DNA from: Pirellulales bacterium
Lineage (GTDB): Bacteria; Planctomycetota; Planctomycetia; Pirellulales; UBA1268
Reading direction: 5' to 3'
Length of the DNA: 36,829 bases
Assembly (NCBI GenBank): GCA_044370205.1
Contig: JBILVW010000002.1
Coordinates: forward strand, 1 to 36,829
The notes under the pieces were generated by a model. That model ran no database searches and was not told where the DNA came from. It was given only the letters and a program-made list of their open reading frames with translations. A program made the position numbers and the translations under genes. Positions 16,838 through 25,863 of the stretch are shown here, piece after piece; within the stretch, counting starts at the first letter, position 1; the number at the start of each line of letters is the position of its first letter.

Positions 16838-19800
16838 ATGGGCGGTATACTCCCGCTCATGACTGCATCTGATCGATCCGCTGGCGGCGGCCGGCGGGAT
16901 GCCTGGCGAGGGAAAGGGGGCGGACACCGCCCGTCATCGCCCTCCGTCGTGAACCCGCGGTGGCGTGGCCGCCACCCCTCGGCCAACGACGTCGAGTACG
17001 TGAGCCGACAGCGGCGGCTCGCGGCATGGCGGTTCGGGTTGAGCGCCGCGGCGTTGGCGCTCGTCGTCCTGCTGGTCGCGCTGCTCCTGGGTATGAAGCG
17101 GCAGGTGCCACTGATCGCGGGGGTCGTGTGGTCGTATCGCACGCCCCTCGGCCCGTTGCCGCTGGCCGAAGAGGATCGCCGCCTGGTGAACGGACTGTCG
17201 CGGGCCGGCACACTCGACCCCGGCACGGCCCGCGTCATCGACATCTCGACGAGCCTGCAAGACGCCGATGCCGACCAGTTCGCGGCCGCGTGCTGCCGCC
17301 CTCTCCCGGGCCTCAGGCCCGGTGGGCCGCGGGGCGACATGTTGATCGTCCACCTGACGGCGATCGGGGGCGTCGACCGTGACGGACGCGCCTGTCTCGT
17401 CATGCCAAAGGCGAACGCCGACATCGCCACGGCCGACGAGCGCTGGCTGAGGGTCGATGCCCTGCTCGCACGACTGACTGCTGCGCGGCCGGCAAACACA
17501 GCGCTGCTCGTGGTGCTCGACGCCTGCCGCTCCGCCCACGCCGAGACGCTCGGAGTGCTCGACGGCACATTCGCTGCGGCAGTGGCCGTCGATGTGAAGG
17601 CCGCGAATCACGACCGGCTCTGGGTGCTGACGTCGGCCGGCCCCGGCGAGACGGCCTGCGCCTCCGCGGTTGACGGCGCCTCGCTGTTCGCCGCCGCGTT
17701 CGCCGACGGGATCGAGGGATCAGCGGATGCGGCGCCGTCGGGCGATGATGATGGACGAGTGGAGTTGGCCGAGTTGGCCGCCTACCTGCGCGACGAGGTC
17801 GATCGTCGCGCCCTCGTGCATCACGGCAGACATCAGCGACCACTCATGGTGCCGTCGCCGGCCGAAGCGAACGCCGAAGTCGCGGTCGCTTGGGCGGTGC
17901 GGAAGACGCCCACGGCTCGATCGATCGCGTCGGCAACACTCGCATCGGCAATGTCCGTATGGCTCACGGATCGTTGGGCGGCCGCCGAGTCTTTGCGCGA
18001 CCGGTGCGTGCACGAACAGCCGCTGGCCTGGTCCGGATACGAATCGCTCCTCCTGCGGGCGGAGCGGCTCGCGGCGGCCGGCGCCGCGGCCGAGGCCGAA
18101 CTCAAGGAGACGAGAACGGCCGTCGAGGTGACAGAGCAGTTGCTGCGGCAGCCGCTCGTCGCCGGCGGCAACACGCTGCCTGGCGTGAGACTCGCGCGGC
18201 TCGCCGGCGGCGCAGCTCCGACGGCTGATCCTGCGTGGCTCGTCAAGCTGGAAGACTGGTCGCGAAGCGTTTCGACGCCCGGGGGTGAGACCGGCGATGA
18301 AGCGGCTCCACCGCCGTGCCTCGATGCGGGCCAATGGCGCTGCCGGGCCGCCGCAGCTTGGGAGCGGTTCGTGTCGTTGACGAAGGCCGGGGCCCCGATC
18401 GACCGCAGCGGATGGCAGCGTTGGAACGACCTGCTTGGGCCACCGCCCGCCGGCGTTGGACTCATTCCCGGCGAGGTGCAGGCAGCCCGCTTGCTGGCCT
18501 CGGGTATCGACGAGTCGGCTTGGAGTTCGGCGCCGACGCTGATGGGCCGCGTGGCGGCTCTGGCCGACGAAGCCGCCTTGGCCATGCTGCCTGACGACGT
18601 TCGCGCCGATGCGATCGTCGAGGCGGTGACGCCGACCCGCGACGCCGATGCGGCACGGCGGACCGCATTCGATCTCACGGTCGTGGGCGATGACATCGCG
18701 TTGGCCGGCGCCGCGAAAGCGGCCCAAGCCGCAGGCGACCAATATGGCCAGGCCGCCAACCTGGGAGCTCTGGCATCGGACGCCTGGAGGTTGCTCGATC
18801 AGGTGCGGGCGGAATGGCCATGGCTGGCACTCTGGACTGCCGCCGACACGGCCGCTTCGCTGGAGCGCCCGCCCACGGGCGGCCTGGCGACCCCCGGCGC
18901 AGCCGTCGACTGGAAAAACCTCGCCCCGGCAGTGGCCCGCCTGGAGACCGCCCTGACGGCAAGCGTGGAGCAGCGAGGAGGCCAAGCCACGGTCGCCATG
19001 ATTCGGGAGGCCTTCCGCGAAGCGGACGGCTTGTTCTCGATCATTCGCGGCAACTATGACGACGCGTGCGACACGCTGGCAGAACGCGCCGCCGGCAATG
19101 CCACGACGCTCGCAGCCATTCGGGCGGCGCTCGCGACGCCGCTCGTCGCCGGTGAACGGCGAATGCGGCTCCTGGAACGTGCCGGCCTGCTCGCTGCCGA
19201 ACTGCACGCCCAGCCCGTGCCGACGGCCCGGGACCAGGTTGCGGCGGCCGATGCCCCGCCGATCGGTGCAGCCGGCGCATGGGTGGCGTGGAGCGGCGGC
19301 GCGCATCCCTTCGTCGCCGCGCTCGGTCTGGCGGATGAGCATGCCAGTCGGCCACCGGCGTCGGCGGCCGATCTGGCCGTTGCCGCCGGCAGACAGGGTC
19401 TGGCAATCCGTACCGCGGCAGCGCAGCTGCGGACAGTGTCGCGGGAGACGACGGCCGCCGGCGAGACGACCATCGCCGACAGGACAGCCAACGCGTCCAC
19501 CGCCCGCCGACTGGCGCCGCTTGGCCCGGCATTCGCGGTCGAGGGCCTGGCACTCGAGGCGGAAGCCTCTCCGATCACGCTCCAACTCGGCCATGCCTGG
19601 CATGTGCGGCTCATCCGTGTCGCTTCGACCATTCTCGATGATTTTTTCGGCGGCGCAGGGCCGGATGATCCGCCCTGGTTCGCGCCCGCGGCCGCAGCGT
19701 GCCTCGAGCAGGGGGCGGCATTCGGCTCCGGAGCGGCATTCGATCGCGTCTCGGGCCGCCTGGAGATGCTCCGCCTGGCACCGCAGGAATGGGCCGTGCT

Positions 19801-21919
19801 CGAGACAACCCCGGACCGGATCGGGGCGGCGGGAGACGGTGGCTCAACGGCCGTCCGGTCCACGCTCGTCGTCGATGACCGGATCGCCGCCGCCTTCACT
19901 CCGGGCGACGCCGCCCTGTGGCTCACGGATGGTGTCATTGACGAGCCTCTGTCGCTGCTGGGGGTGGCGACGACGGGCCCCGCCGCGTCGCGGCTTGTCG
20001 TGCCAGCGGCCCGACCGGGGACCGACGGCCGGCCGCAATCCATCGAGTGGCGGGTCGATCGCGCCGCGGCAGCCCGCGTTGCGGCGCGCGAGGGCAGTAC
20101 GATGCCCCTCACGGTCTGGTTCCGCGGCCACCCGATCCTGCGCGATCTGCCGGTCGGCGGGGGCGGTGGTGCGCAGCCAGTCGTCTGGAGGCGGCCGTCG
20201 CCGCTCCCGCCGCGGGTCACCGTCCGTGGCATTCCCCAGCGCCGCGGTTCCGTCTCGTTCATCTTCGATTGCTCGGGCAGCATGGGGGCCGATGCCCCGA
20301 ACGGCCGCCGCCGATTCGATGTCGGCCGTGAATCCCTCTACGACGTGCTGCAGGCCATGGCGAAGGCGGGCACCTGGGATGCGTCGCTCTGGCTCTACGG
20401 CCATCGCACTCGCTGGATCAAGCGGGCCGGCGGAGGATACGAGCCAGGCCTGTCCGACGCCGGCGAACGGGAACGGGCGGCGGCCACGCAGGCGGGGCGG
20501 CCGTTCACGCTCGAGCCCGGAATGGACGTCCAACGCGTGCTGCCGATGCAGCCGATGGGGCCGGCTCAGGCCCGCGAGGTGATCCAGTTGCTCTCGCAGC
20601 TACGGCCGGCTGGCGAGACACCGCTCTATCTCGCTCTCCGCAGCGCGCTGATGGACGACATGCCGGCGATTGCGGGCGAAGCGGCGTGGCGGGTTGTGGT
20701 CGTCACTGACGGCGTCAATGACCAGACCGGCGTCCAGCCGCTCACCATGGCCCGCGACGTCCGCGAGACGCTCGCCGCCGTGAACCGCGGGCGTTCGTCG
20801 CCGGTGCATGTCGACGTCATCGCATTCGACATCCGGGGAGGGGGCCAGGCGAAGCGCGAGCTCGAGTCGCTCGCCCGCGAGTCTGGGGGGCAATTCGTCG
20901 AAGCCGCCGACCCTTCCGCCCTGCTCACCGCCCTGCGGAACTTCCTGTCGCTGGCCCGTTGGGAAGTGCGCGACGACGCACGGGTCGTCGCCGCCGCCGA
21001 ACTCGGGTCGGCCATCGAGCTGCCGATCGTCAACGACAGCGCCGCCGTGTCTTACCGCGTCTCGATCGAGGGCCGGGAGGGTGCGCCGGCCACCGTCTCG
21101 GTGAACGGAAGCGAGGCCCTCGAGTTGTTCGTCGCGACCAACGGCCGTGGACTGGAACACCGCCGCTACGACGGCGGCACCGAGCAGGGTCTCCGCGACC
21201 GACAGGCCGGACTCGCCGACCCGCTCGATCAGCGGACACGCTGGTTCGTCGGAGCACATCTTCCCCGGCGCGAGGGGGCTGCCGTGCGGTTTCCGATCTC
21301 GGTGCAGAACGACGACGAGTCGCTGTTCACGCCGCGGCCGGTCGCGTGGTGGGCGGAAGTCATACCCGAAGGCGTTCCGGGGTCGCGGCCGTTCGTGGTG
21401 TATGACGCCGAATTCCAGCCCCGTCGTCCCGTGCCGGTCATCGATCTGACGGTTCCCGACTGGCCGCGTGAGGCCTCGCAGGCGGCGATTCGCGTCTGGT
21501 TCTCCATGCAGCCGCAGGAGCCGGCCGCCACGATCGCCGTCGATGGTCTGTCAGAAGGCGTCCAACAACGGTTCACGTTTCCGGAGTTGGCCGGCATAGG
21601 AGTAGACGCCGTCTTCGAAAAACGGGGGAGTGATCAGGGCCGGATCACCGTCGTGGAGCGGCATCCAAGCGAAGCGGCCGCCGGGCTGCCACGGCTGGTG
21701 GTGAAGTGCGAGCCTCTCTGCGACCGCGCCTCGCACACCGTCGATGCCGCCGCCGCGGAGGTCCGCCATGAGTTCGACATCAGGCTCGACTCCGGCGGCA
21801 TTCCCAAGGGTACCCGCGTCACTTTCGTGGCGGCCGAACGTCTCAAGGAACAGGCCGTCGGCCCACTCGCCCCTGCCGGAGCCCTACAGCCCCTCCGCGT
21901 GACCATTCCGACCGACTGA
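16838..21919 (+). CDS. Giant (about 1693 aa) single-pass membrane protein. Architecture: Arg-rich N-tail, TM helix, caspase-like (Peptidase_C14-like) domain with His and Cys retained, long Ala-rich helical region, vWA domain with MIDAS motif, beta-rich C-terminal region.
   Basis: - TM helix FGLSAAALALVVLLVALLLG.
- Caspase-like blocks MLIVHLTAIGG (His codon 17351-17353) and ALLVVLDACRSAH (Cys codon 17525-17527), with the domain ending in GDDDGRVELAELAAYLRDEV.
- vWA blocks GSVSFIFDCSGSMG (D-x-S-x-S at 20267-20281) and WRVVVVTDGVND.
- The start is uncertain. The ATG at 16838 is 46 nt after the previous stop, the ATG at 16859 is an alternative, and the track GTG at 16736 overlaps the upstream gene by 56 nt. 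Confidence 0.85.
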   Translation: MGGILPLMTASDRSAGGGRRDAWRGKGGGHRPSSPSVVNPRWRGRHPSANDVEYVSRQRRLAAWRFGLSAAALALVVLLVALLLGMKRQVPLIAGVVWSYRTPLGPLPLAEEDRRLVNGLSRAGTLDPGTARVIDISTSLQDADADQFAAACCRPLPGLRPGGPRGDMLIVHLTAIGGVDRDGRACLVMPKANADIATADERWLRVDALLARLTAARPANTALLVVLDACRSAHAETLGVLDGTFAAAVAVDVKAANHDRLWVLTSAGPGETACASAVDGASLFAAAFADGIEGSADAAPSGDDDGRVELAELAAYLRDEVDRRALVHHGRHQRPLMVPSPAEANAEVAVAWAVRKTPTARSIASATLASAMSVWLTDRWAAAESLRDRCVHEQPLAWSGYESLLLRAERLAAAGAAAEAELKETRTAVEVTEQLLRQPLVAGGNTLPGVRLARLAGGAAPTADPAWLVKLEDWSRSVSTPGGETGDEAAPPPCLDAGQWRCRAAAAWERFVSLTKAGAPIDRSGWQRWNDLLGPPPAGVGLIPGEVQAARLLASGIDESAWSSAPTLMGRVAALADEAALAMLPDDVRADAIVEAVTPTRDADAARRTAFDLTVVGDDIALAGAAKAAQAAGDQYGQAANLGALASDAWRLLDQVRAEWPWLALWTAADTAASLERPPTGGLATPGAAVDWKNLAPAVARLETALTASVEQRGGQATVAMIREAFREADGLFSIIRGNYDDACDTLAERAAGNATTLAAIRAALATPLVAGERRMRLLERAGLLAAELHAQPVPTARDQVAAADAPPIGAAGAWVAWSGGAHPFVAALGLADEHASRPPASAADLAVAAGRQGLAIRTAAAQLRTVSRETTAAGETTIADRTANASTARRLAPLGPAFAVEGLALEAEASPITLQLGHAWHVRLIRVASTILDDFFGGAGPDDPPWFAPAAAACLEQGAAFGSGAAFDRVSGRLEMLRLAPQEWAVLETTPDRIGAAGDGGSTAVRSTLVVDDRIAAAFTPGDAALWLTDGVIDEPLSLLGVATTGPAASRLVVPAARPGTDGRPQSIEWRVDRAAAARVAAREGSTMPLTVWFRGHPILRDLPVGGGGGAQPVVWRRPSPLPPRVTVRGIPQRRGSVSFIFDCSGSMGADAPNGRRRFDVGRESLYDVLQAMAKAGTWDASLWLYGHRTRWIKRAGGGYEPGLSDAGERERAAATQAGRPFTLEPGMDVQRVLPMQPMGPAQAREVIQLLSQLRPAGETPLYLALRSALMDDMPAIAGEAAWRVVVVTDGVNDQTGVQPLTMARDVRETLAAVNRGRSSPVHVDVIAFDIRGGGQAKRELESLARESGGQFVEAADPSALLTALRNFLSLARWEVRDDARVVAAAELGSAIELPIVNDSAAVSYRVSIEGREGAPATVSVNGSEALELFVATNGRGLEHRRYDGGTEQGLRDRQAGLADPLDQRTRWFVGAHLPRREGAAVRFPISVQNDDESLFTPRPVAWWAEVIPEGVPGSRPFVVYDAEFQPRRPVPVIDLTVPDWPREASQAAIRVWFSMQPQEPAATIAVDGLSEGVQQRFTFPELAGIGVDAVFEKRGSDQGRITVVERHPSEAAAGLPRLVVKCEPLCDRASHTVDAAAAEVRHEFDIRLDSGGIPKGTRVTFVAAERLKEQAVGPLAPAGALQPLRVTIPTD

Positions 21920-22134
21920 TGTCCGACGAGATGTCGGCTAGGCCTTGGTTTTCTGACATCCGTTACGATACACCGCTCTCTTTTTGTTCATTCCAAACCG
22001 CTGCCGTAGGAGTGCGAGTGTGGATCGGAAGATCAAGCGGAACGACGAGGCATGCCGGGTTTTCTTCCGCCACCGATGACCTCGGCCAGCGCCGAAGCGA
22101 CGGGCCACACCCCGACGGCGCGGCCGCCCGAGCC

Positions 22135-22412
22135 ATGGCTGCGCGGCACCAAGGCCGCGTGGAGCTCGTGCCGACCGACGAGGGAGAAGGGCGGGGCCGG
22201 TTCCGGGCCGCGGTGCTCGGCCTGCTCGAGGGCCTCGCCGACGACGCCTGGGTCTATTGGTGCATCGACGACAAATACCCGATGTGGCTCGACCACGCCG
22301 CGGCCGAGGACTGCCGGAGGGCTTCGCGATCGGCCGCCAGCGGCTCGTCGTCGGCCGCCGGCCGACGCTCGCCGGCCGGCTTCTCGATGCGATCGCAGGC
22401 TTCGGCGGCTGA
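22135..22412 (+). pseudogene. Possible frame-switched gene remnant or small unknown gene (about 92 codons across two frames)
   Basis: Frame 1 from the ATG at 22135 reads plausibly (GRVELVPTDEGEGRGRFRAAVLGLLEGLADDAWVYWCIDDKYPMWLDHAAAED) with high GC3 up to about 22310. After that the +2 frame reads plausibly (LPEGFAIGRQRLVVGRRPTLAGRLLDAIAGFGG*) and stops at 22410-22412, 3 nt before the convergent sulfotransferase stop. Frame 1 continues as Ser/Ala/Arg-rich text overlapping that gene by 90 nt. Confidence 0.25.
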
Positions 22413-22415
22413 GAC

Positions 22416-23147
22416 TCACGCCGTCCGCAGGGCATCGAGCCCCGCGGTGATCGCTTCCGGGCTCGCACCGCCCCAGAGCCTGTGCCACGCCCGCGCCGCG
22501 AGATAGCTGCCTGAGCGTGTCGAGCGGCTGCGCCGCATCCGCGGATCGCGGCGATCGATGAGCGGCCGGCCCACGAACCGCTCGAGCCGGGCCAGTTCGG
22601 ACGAGTCGTCCATGAGCCTCGCATAGTCGAGCACGAGACATGGCTGCGTCGTGCGGTCGATGGCAGCCAGGATGGCCGAGTTGTGGGCGCACCACTGTGG
22701 AAGGCACCGCCGCACCGCCTTCAGCCGCCGCCGCACCGAGGCCGACCGCCAGTAATGAGCCCACGCCTCCTCCGGCCTCCGGAACACGGCGATCACGCGA
22801 TGGGCCGGCAGTTCCTTCGCCCAGAGGTCGTAGGTGAGGCAGGACCGCGGATCCTTGAAGCCCCAGTCGGCATGCCGCGCGGAGCATGAGGCGATGATGT
22901 CGCGCATCCGCCAGCGCTCGGCATCGCCGCATCGCCGCCGATCACCCTGGGTGTCGAGGCTGAAGGCGCCGGCCGAGCCCAGGATCTCTTGGTTGAGCTC
23001 CCGCGTCGATTCTCGCTCCCACTTGTTGCCGTCGTCGTAGCCACCCTGCGGATCGACCTCATCCACCATGGCGATGCCGGCGTGGTGGAGCAACTCCGAC
23101 ACGAGCGTCGTGCCCGATTTGTGCATCCCGAGCACGACGTGGATCAT
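22416..23147 (-). CDS. Sulfotransferase family protein, 243 aa
   Basis: MIHVVLGMHKSGTTLVSELL carries the PAPS 5'-phosphosulfate-binding loop (G.hKSGTT) at the very N-terminus. WGFKDPRSCLTYDLW fits the second sulfotransferase block. I trimmed the track ORF (to 23579) to the ATG at 23145-23147. Confidence 0.78.
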   Translation of the reverse strand: MIHVVLGMHKSGTTLVSELLHHAGIAMVDEVDPQGGYDDGNKWERESTRELNQEILGSAGAFSLDTQGDRRRCGDAERWRMRDIIASCSARHADWGFKDPRSCLTYDLWAKELPAHRVIAVFRRPEEAWAHYWRSASVRRRLKAVRRCLPQWCAHNSAILAAIDRTTQPCLVLDYARLMDDSSELARLERFVGRPLIDRRDPRMRRSRSTRSGSYLAARAWHRLWGGASPEAITAGLDALRTA

Positions 23148-23331
23148 CGCGGGCCTCTCGACGCATCGGCACATCCTGGCAAGCTGCGAGGAATACCAAA
23201 CCCGGGCAGGTGGCGGCGAGGCCAATCGTCCGGGTTGACCACGAGGCCGGCACAAACCGCGGTTGCCGGGTGAACCAGCGGCCGGTATCGTCCTCAGTTC
23301 CACATGCCTGCGTCCGCTTCGCGGTGAACCC

Positions 23332-24450
23332 GTGCCCACGTCTCTGCACACCGACCGCCCAGACCGTCGTCCGTTCGACGTGATCACGGTGCCCGACTTC
23401 TCGGCCAACGCCGCCGTGTTCGAGGCCCGCACCCTCGTGTTTCTCGCCAGCTGGCTGGAGAACGCCGGCGCGGCCCGGGAGTTTCCCCTCCATCTCGCCT
23501 GCATCGGCACGCCGCCGGCGAGCGTCCGTCGCCTCGCTGCCCGCTGCGGTGCCCGCATCACGATCCACGAGCCGCTCAAGCTCCGCAGCGACCATCATGT
23601 CGGCAACAAGTTCCGTGGACTCGAGATCGAGCCCGAGACCGACCGCTTTCTGCTGCTCGACGTCGATGTCGCGATTCTCTCCGACCCGAGCCGACTGGCC
23701 GACTTCGGAGAGTGCATCGCCGCCTGCCCCGATGATGCCCCCAACGTGGCCGTGGCCGATTGGCAGAACATCTACGCCACCTTCGGACTGCCCCTGCCGC
23801 CGAGGATCCGGCCACTGGTGTGCGAGCTCGACCTGCCCCGCTACCCGCGGCGGATGATGGGCTTCGAGGCCCAAGACGGGCAGGTCGAGGCCATGCTCCC
23901 CTACTACAACGGCGGAGTCGTCTTCGCGCCCTGGGCCTGCAATCTCCGGGAGCGGTGGGAGTCCAACATCCTGCGAATCGCTGCGCTGTACGACGAACGG
24001 CGAGAACCCCGGAAGTGGATCCACACGAGCGACCAGGCCGCCCTTGCCGTCACGATCCAGATGCTCGCCGATGAGGGCTGGGCCTTCCGTCGCCTTCCCG
24101 ACGCGTTCAACGCCCGGTGGCAGCACCTCTACGCCGGCCAGCCCGACCTGCACGACATCGTCGTCATGCACTGCTGCTGGAATTTTCTGAACGCGGTCGG
24201 CGCAGGCCCGGTCACGACCGAGAGTCTCACCGCCGCCCTCGAGCATTTCTTTCTTCACAAGGTGAAGCACCGTGCTCAGAAGCTCGTGTTTGGCGACCTT
24301 CTCCGGCTGCGGTTGTTGCAGGCCTGGCGCCGCTACCGTGGTGGGATGAACCGAGCCGAAAGTCTGTGCCGGGATCTCGACCGCGTGTGCCGCAAGCATC
24401 TCGAGGTCGTGGAGTCCCGGATGTCGGCCACGTTCGAGCACGCTGCCTGA
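23332..24450 (+). CDS. Nucleotide-diphospho-sugar glycosyltransferase, GT8-like (GT-A fold), about 372 aa
   Basis: FDVITVPDF (beta-1), the DxD block RFLLLDVDVAIL and the YYNGGVVFAP block are typical of GT8/LPS-glycosyltransferase-like enzymes. The start is uncertain: the track uses TTG 23263, I list GTG 23332, and there is no in-frame ATG near the 5' end. Confidence 0.65.
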   Translation: MPTSLHTDRPDRRPFDVITVPDFSANAAVFEARTLVFLASWLENAGAAREFPLHLACIGTPPASVRRLAARCGARITIHEPLKLRSDHHVGNKFRGLEIEPETDRFLLLDVDVAILSDPSRLADFGECIAACPDDAPNVAVADWQNIYATFGLPLPPRIRPLVCELDLPRYPRRMMGFEAQDGQVEAMLPYYNGGVVFAPWACNLRERWESNILRIAALYDERREPRKWIHTSDQAALAVTIQMLADEGWAFRRLPDAFNARWQHLYAGQPDLHDIVVMHCCWNFLNAVGAGPVTTESLTAALEHFFLHKVKHRAQKLVFGDLLRLRLLQAWRRYRGGMNRAESLCRDLDRVCRKHLEVVESRMSATFEHAA

Positions 24451-24456
24451 CGGCGG

Positions 24457-25575
24457 TCAACGTCGGGCAGCCCCGACGACACTCCGGTACACCTCCACAT
24501 ACCGCTCGGCGACGCGTGGCCAGTCGTGGTCGGCGACCGACGGCACCGCCGCCGCTCGCAGCCGGCCCACCACCTGCGGCTCATCGAGCAACCGCTGGAT
24601 CGCGGCCGCCAGCGCCGGCGGCGATTCCGGCTGGCAGAGGAGTCCATTCACTTCCGGCCGCACCATCTCCCGGTTGCCGCCGACGTCGGTCGCCACGACC
24701 GGCAGCCCCGAGGCGAGCGCCTCGAGGATCACATTCGCAAACGGCTCGCGGCGGGACGGACAGACGAAAAAATCGGCAGAGCGATAGAGACTCGTCTTGC
24801 GGTCACCCGTGATGGGGCCGAGCAGCCGCACGCGATCGCCCAGCCCACGCCGCTGGATGAGCCCTGCCAGAGCCGACTGTTCACGCCCTTCACCCGCGAT
24901 GAGGAGATCGACGCGCGGATCGCGCAGCCGCGCATAGGCCTCGACCAACAGATCGAAGCCCTTGTGGGGCACGAGGCTGCCGAGGCCAAGAAGGTAAGGC
25001 CGGTGATGCGGGAACGGCTCGGCCGCGGCGAACGCCGCCACGTCCACACCGTTGTTGATGATCGTGATCCGGCCGGGATCGACGCCAAGCTCGGTGATGA
25101 CGTCGCGGAGCGATTCGCCCTGGGCGATGATGGCATCAGCGGCACCGAGCGCCATCCGCATCCGCGATTCGAGCCGCCGCGCCCGCCGGATCGCCTCCCC
25201 CGGCAGCACGTCGGCACCGTGGGGCCGCACCACGAGGGGGATGCCGGTCAACCTCCGCAGCGACTCAGCGACGTACGCCTGCGGATAGGCGGCATGGCAG
25301 TGCACGAGATCGAAGCGGTGGCGGGCGTGCAGGGCGAGGAGCCTGGGCAGGATCGCCCGCACGCCAAACCGCTTCGACCATTGCCGGCGGTGGCGGACGA
25401 CCGGGTAGCCGAGCGAGCGATCGTCAAACGGCTCGCGGGCTGGCGGCGCAACCACGACGGGCCGGTGGCCGAGGCGAACGAGCTGCCGGCACAGCTGGTC
25501 GAGCACGGTCTGCGCCCCGCCGAGTGTCGGCGGGCAGACGTCGGTGAAGAAACAGATCGAGAGCGACATGAGCAT
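24457..25575 (-). CDS. Glycosyltransferase family 4 (GT-B, GT1-type), 372 aa
   Basis: N-terminal SICFFTDVCPPTLGGAQTVLDQLCRQLVRLGH, plus C-terminal FVCPSRREPFANVILEALASGLPVVATDVGGNREMV (E-x7-E region). The track ORF (to 26550) is a fusion with shadow frame antisense to the epimerase, so I trimmed it to the ATG at 25573-25575 (alternative 25569). Confidence 0.9.
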   Translation of the reverse strand: MLMSLSICFFTDVCPPTLGGAQTVLDQLCRQLVRLGHRPVVVAPPAREPFDDRSLGYPVVRHRRQWSKRFGVRAILPRLLALHARHRFDLVHCHAAYPQAYVAESLRRLTGIPLVVRPHGADVLPGEAIRRARRLESRMRMALGAADAIIAQGESLRDVITELGVDPGRITIINNGVDVAAFAAAEPFPHHRPYLLGLGSLVPHKGFDLLVEAYARLRDPRVDLLIAGEGREQSALAGLIQRRGLGDRVRLLGPITGDRKTSLYRSADFFVCPSRREPFANVILEALASGLPVVATDVGGNREMVRPEVNGLLCQPESPPALAAAIQRLLDEPQVVGRLRAAAVPSVADHDWPRVAERYVEVYRSVVGAARR

Positions 25576-25625
25576 GAATCGAGAATAGAGCCCTGCACGG
25601 CAAGCTGCATACGGTGGACCCGTGA

Positions 25626-25760
25626 GGGGCTGCCCATGCCCCGAGAGCCGGCGTATGCTGCCAAGCGCAGCCAAGGATGGCGAAGCGCAGGCAGCATCGA
25701 GCGAGCGGAAGCCAGGATGGCTGAAGCGAGCGTCCGGCGAGATGGGGCGTGGGCAGCCCC
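25626..25760 (+). repeat. Interspersed hairpin-flanked repeat, copy 1 (135 bp)
   Basis: The terminal arms GGGGCTGCCCATGCCCC (25626-25642) and GGGGCGTGGGCAGCCCC (25744-25760) are reverse complements at 16 of 17 positions. The core GAGCCGGCGT..GCTG..AGCGCAGCCAAGGATGGCGAAGCGCAGGCAGCATCGAGCGAGCGGAAGCCAGGATGGCTGAAGCGAGCGTCCGGCGAGA recurs at 31035-31175 (inverted) and 31207-31337. Confidence 0.8.
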
Positions 25761-25863
25761 GAACCATCGCGACCAGGGGAGCGTCTCGCCCGGTGGATGC
25801 TGCCGGCAGTAAGCTGTGGCAGCCGACGCGAATGGCAGCGGCGTGGATCGTGCACGGAGGCGA

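Noticed and set aside
21912-21955. Hairpin plus T-tract after the second giant gene, considered as a rho-independent terminator
   Set aside because: The stem is only 5 bp (CCGAC/GTCGG) and the T-run (GGTTTTCT) is interrupted and displaced. This is too weak to call.
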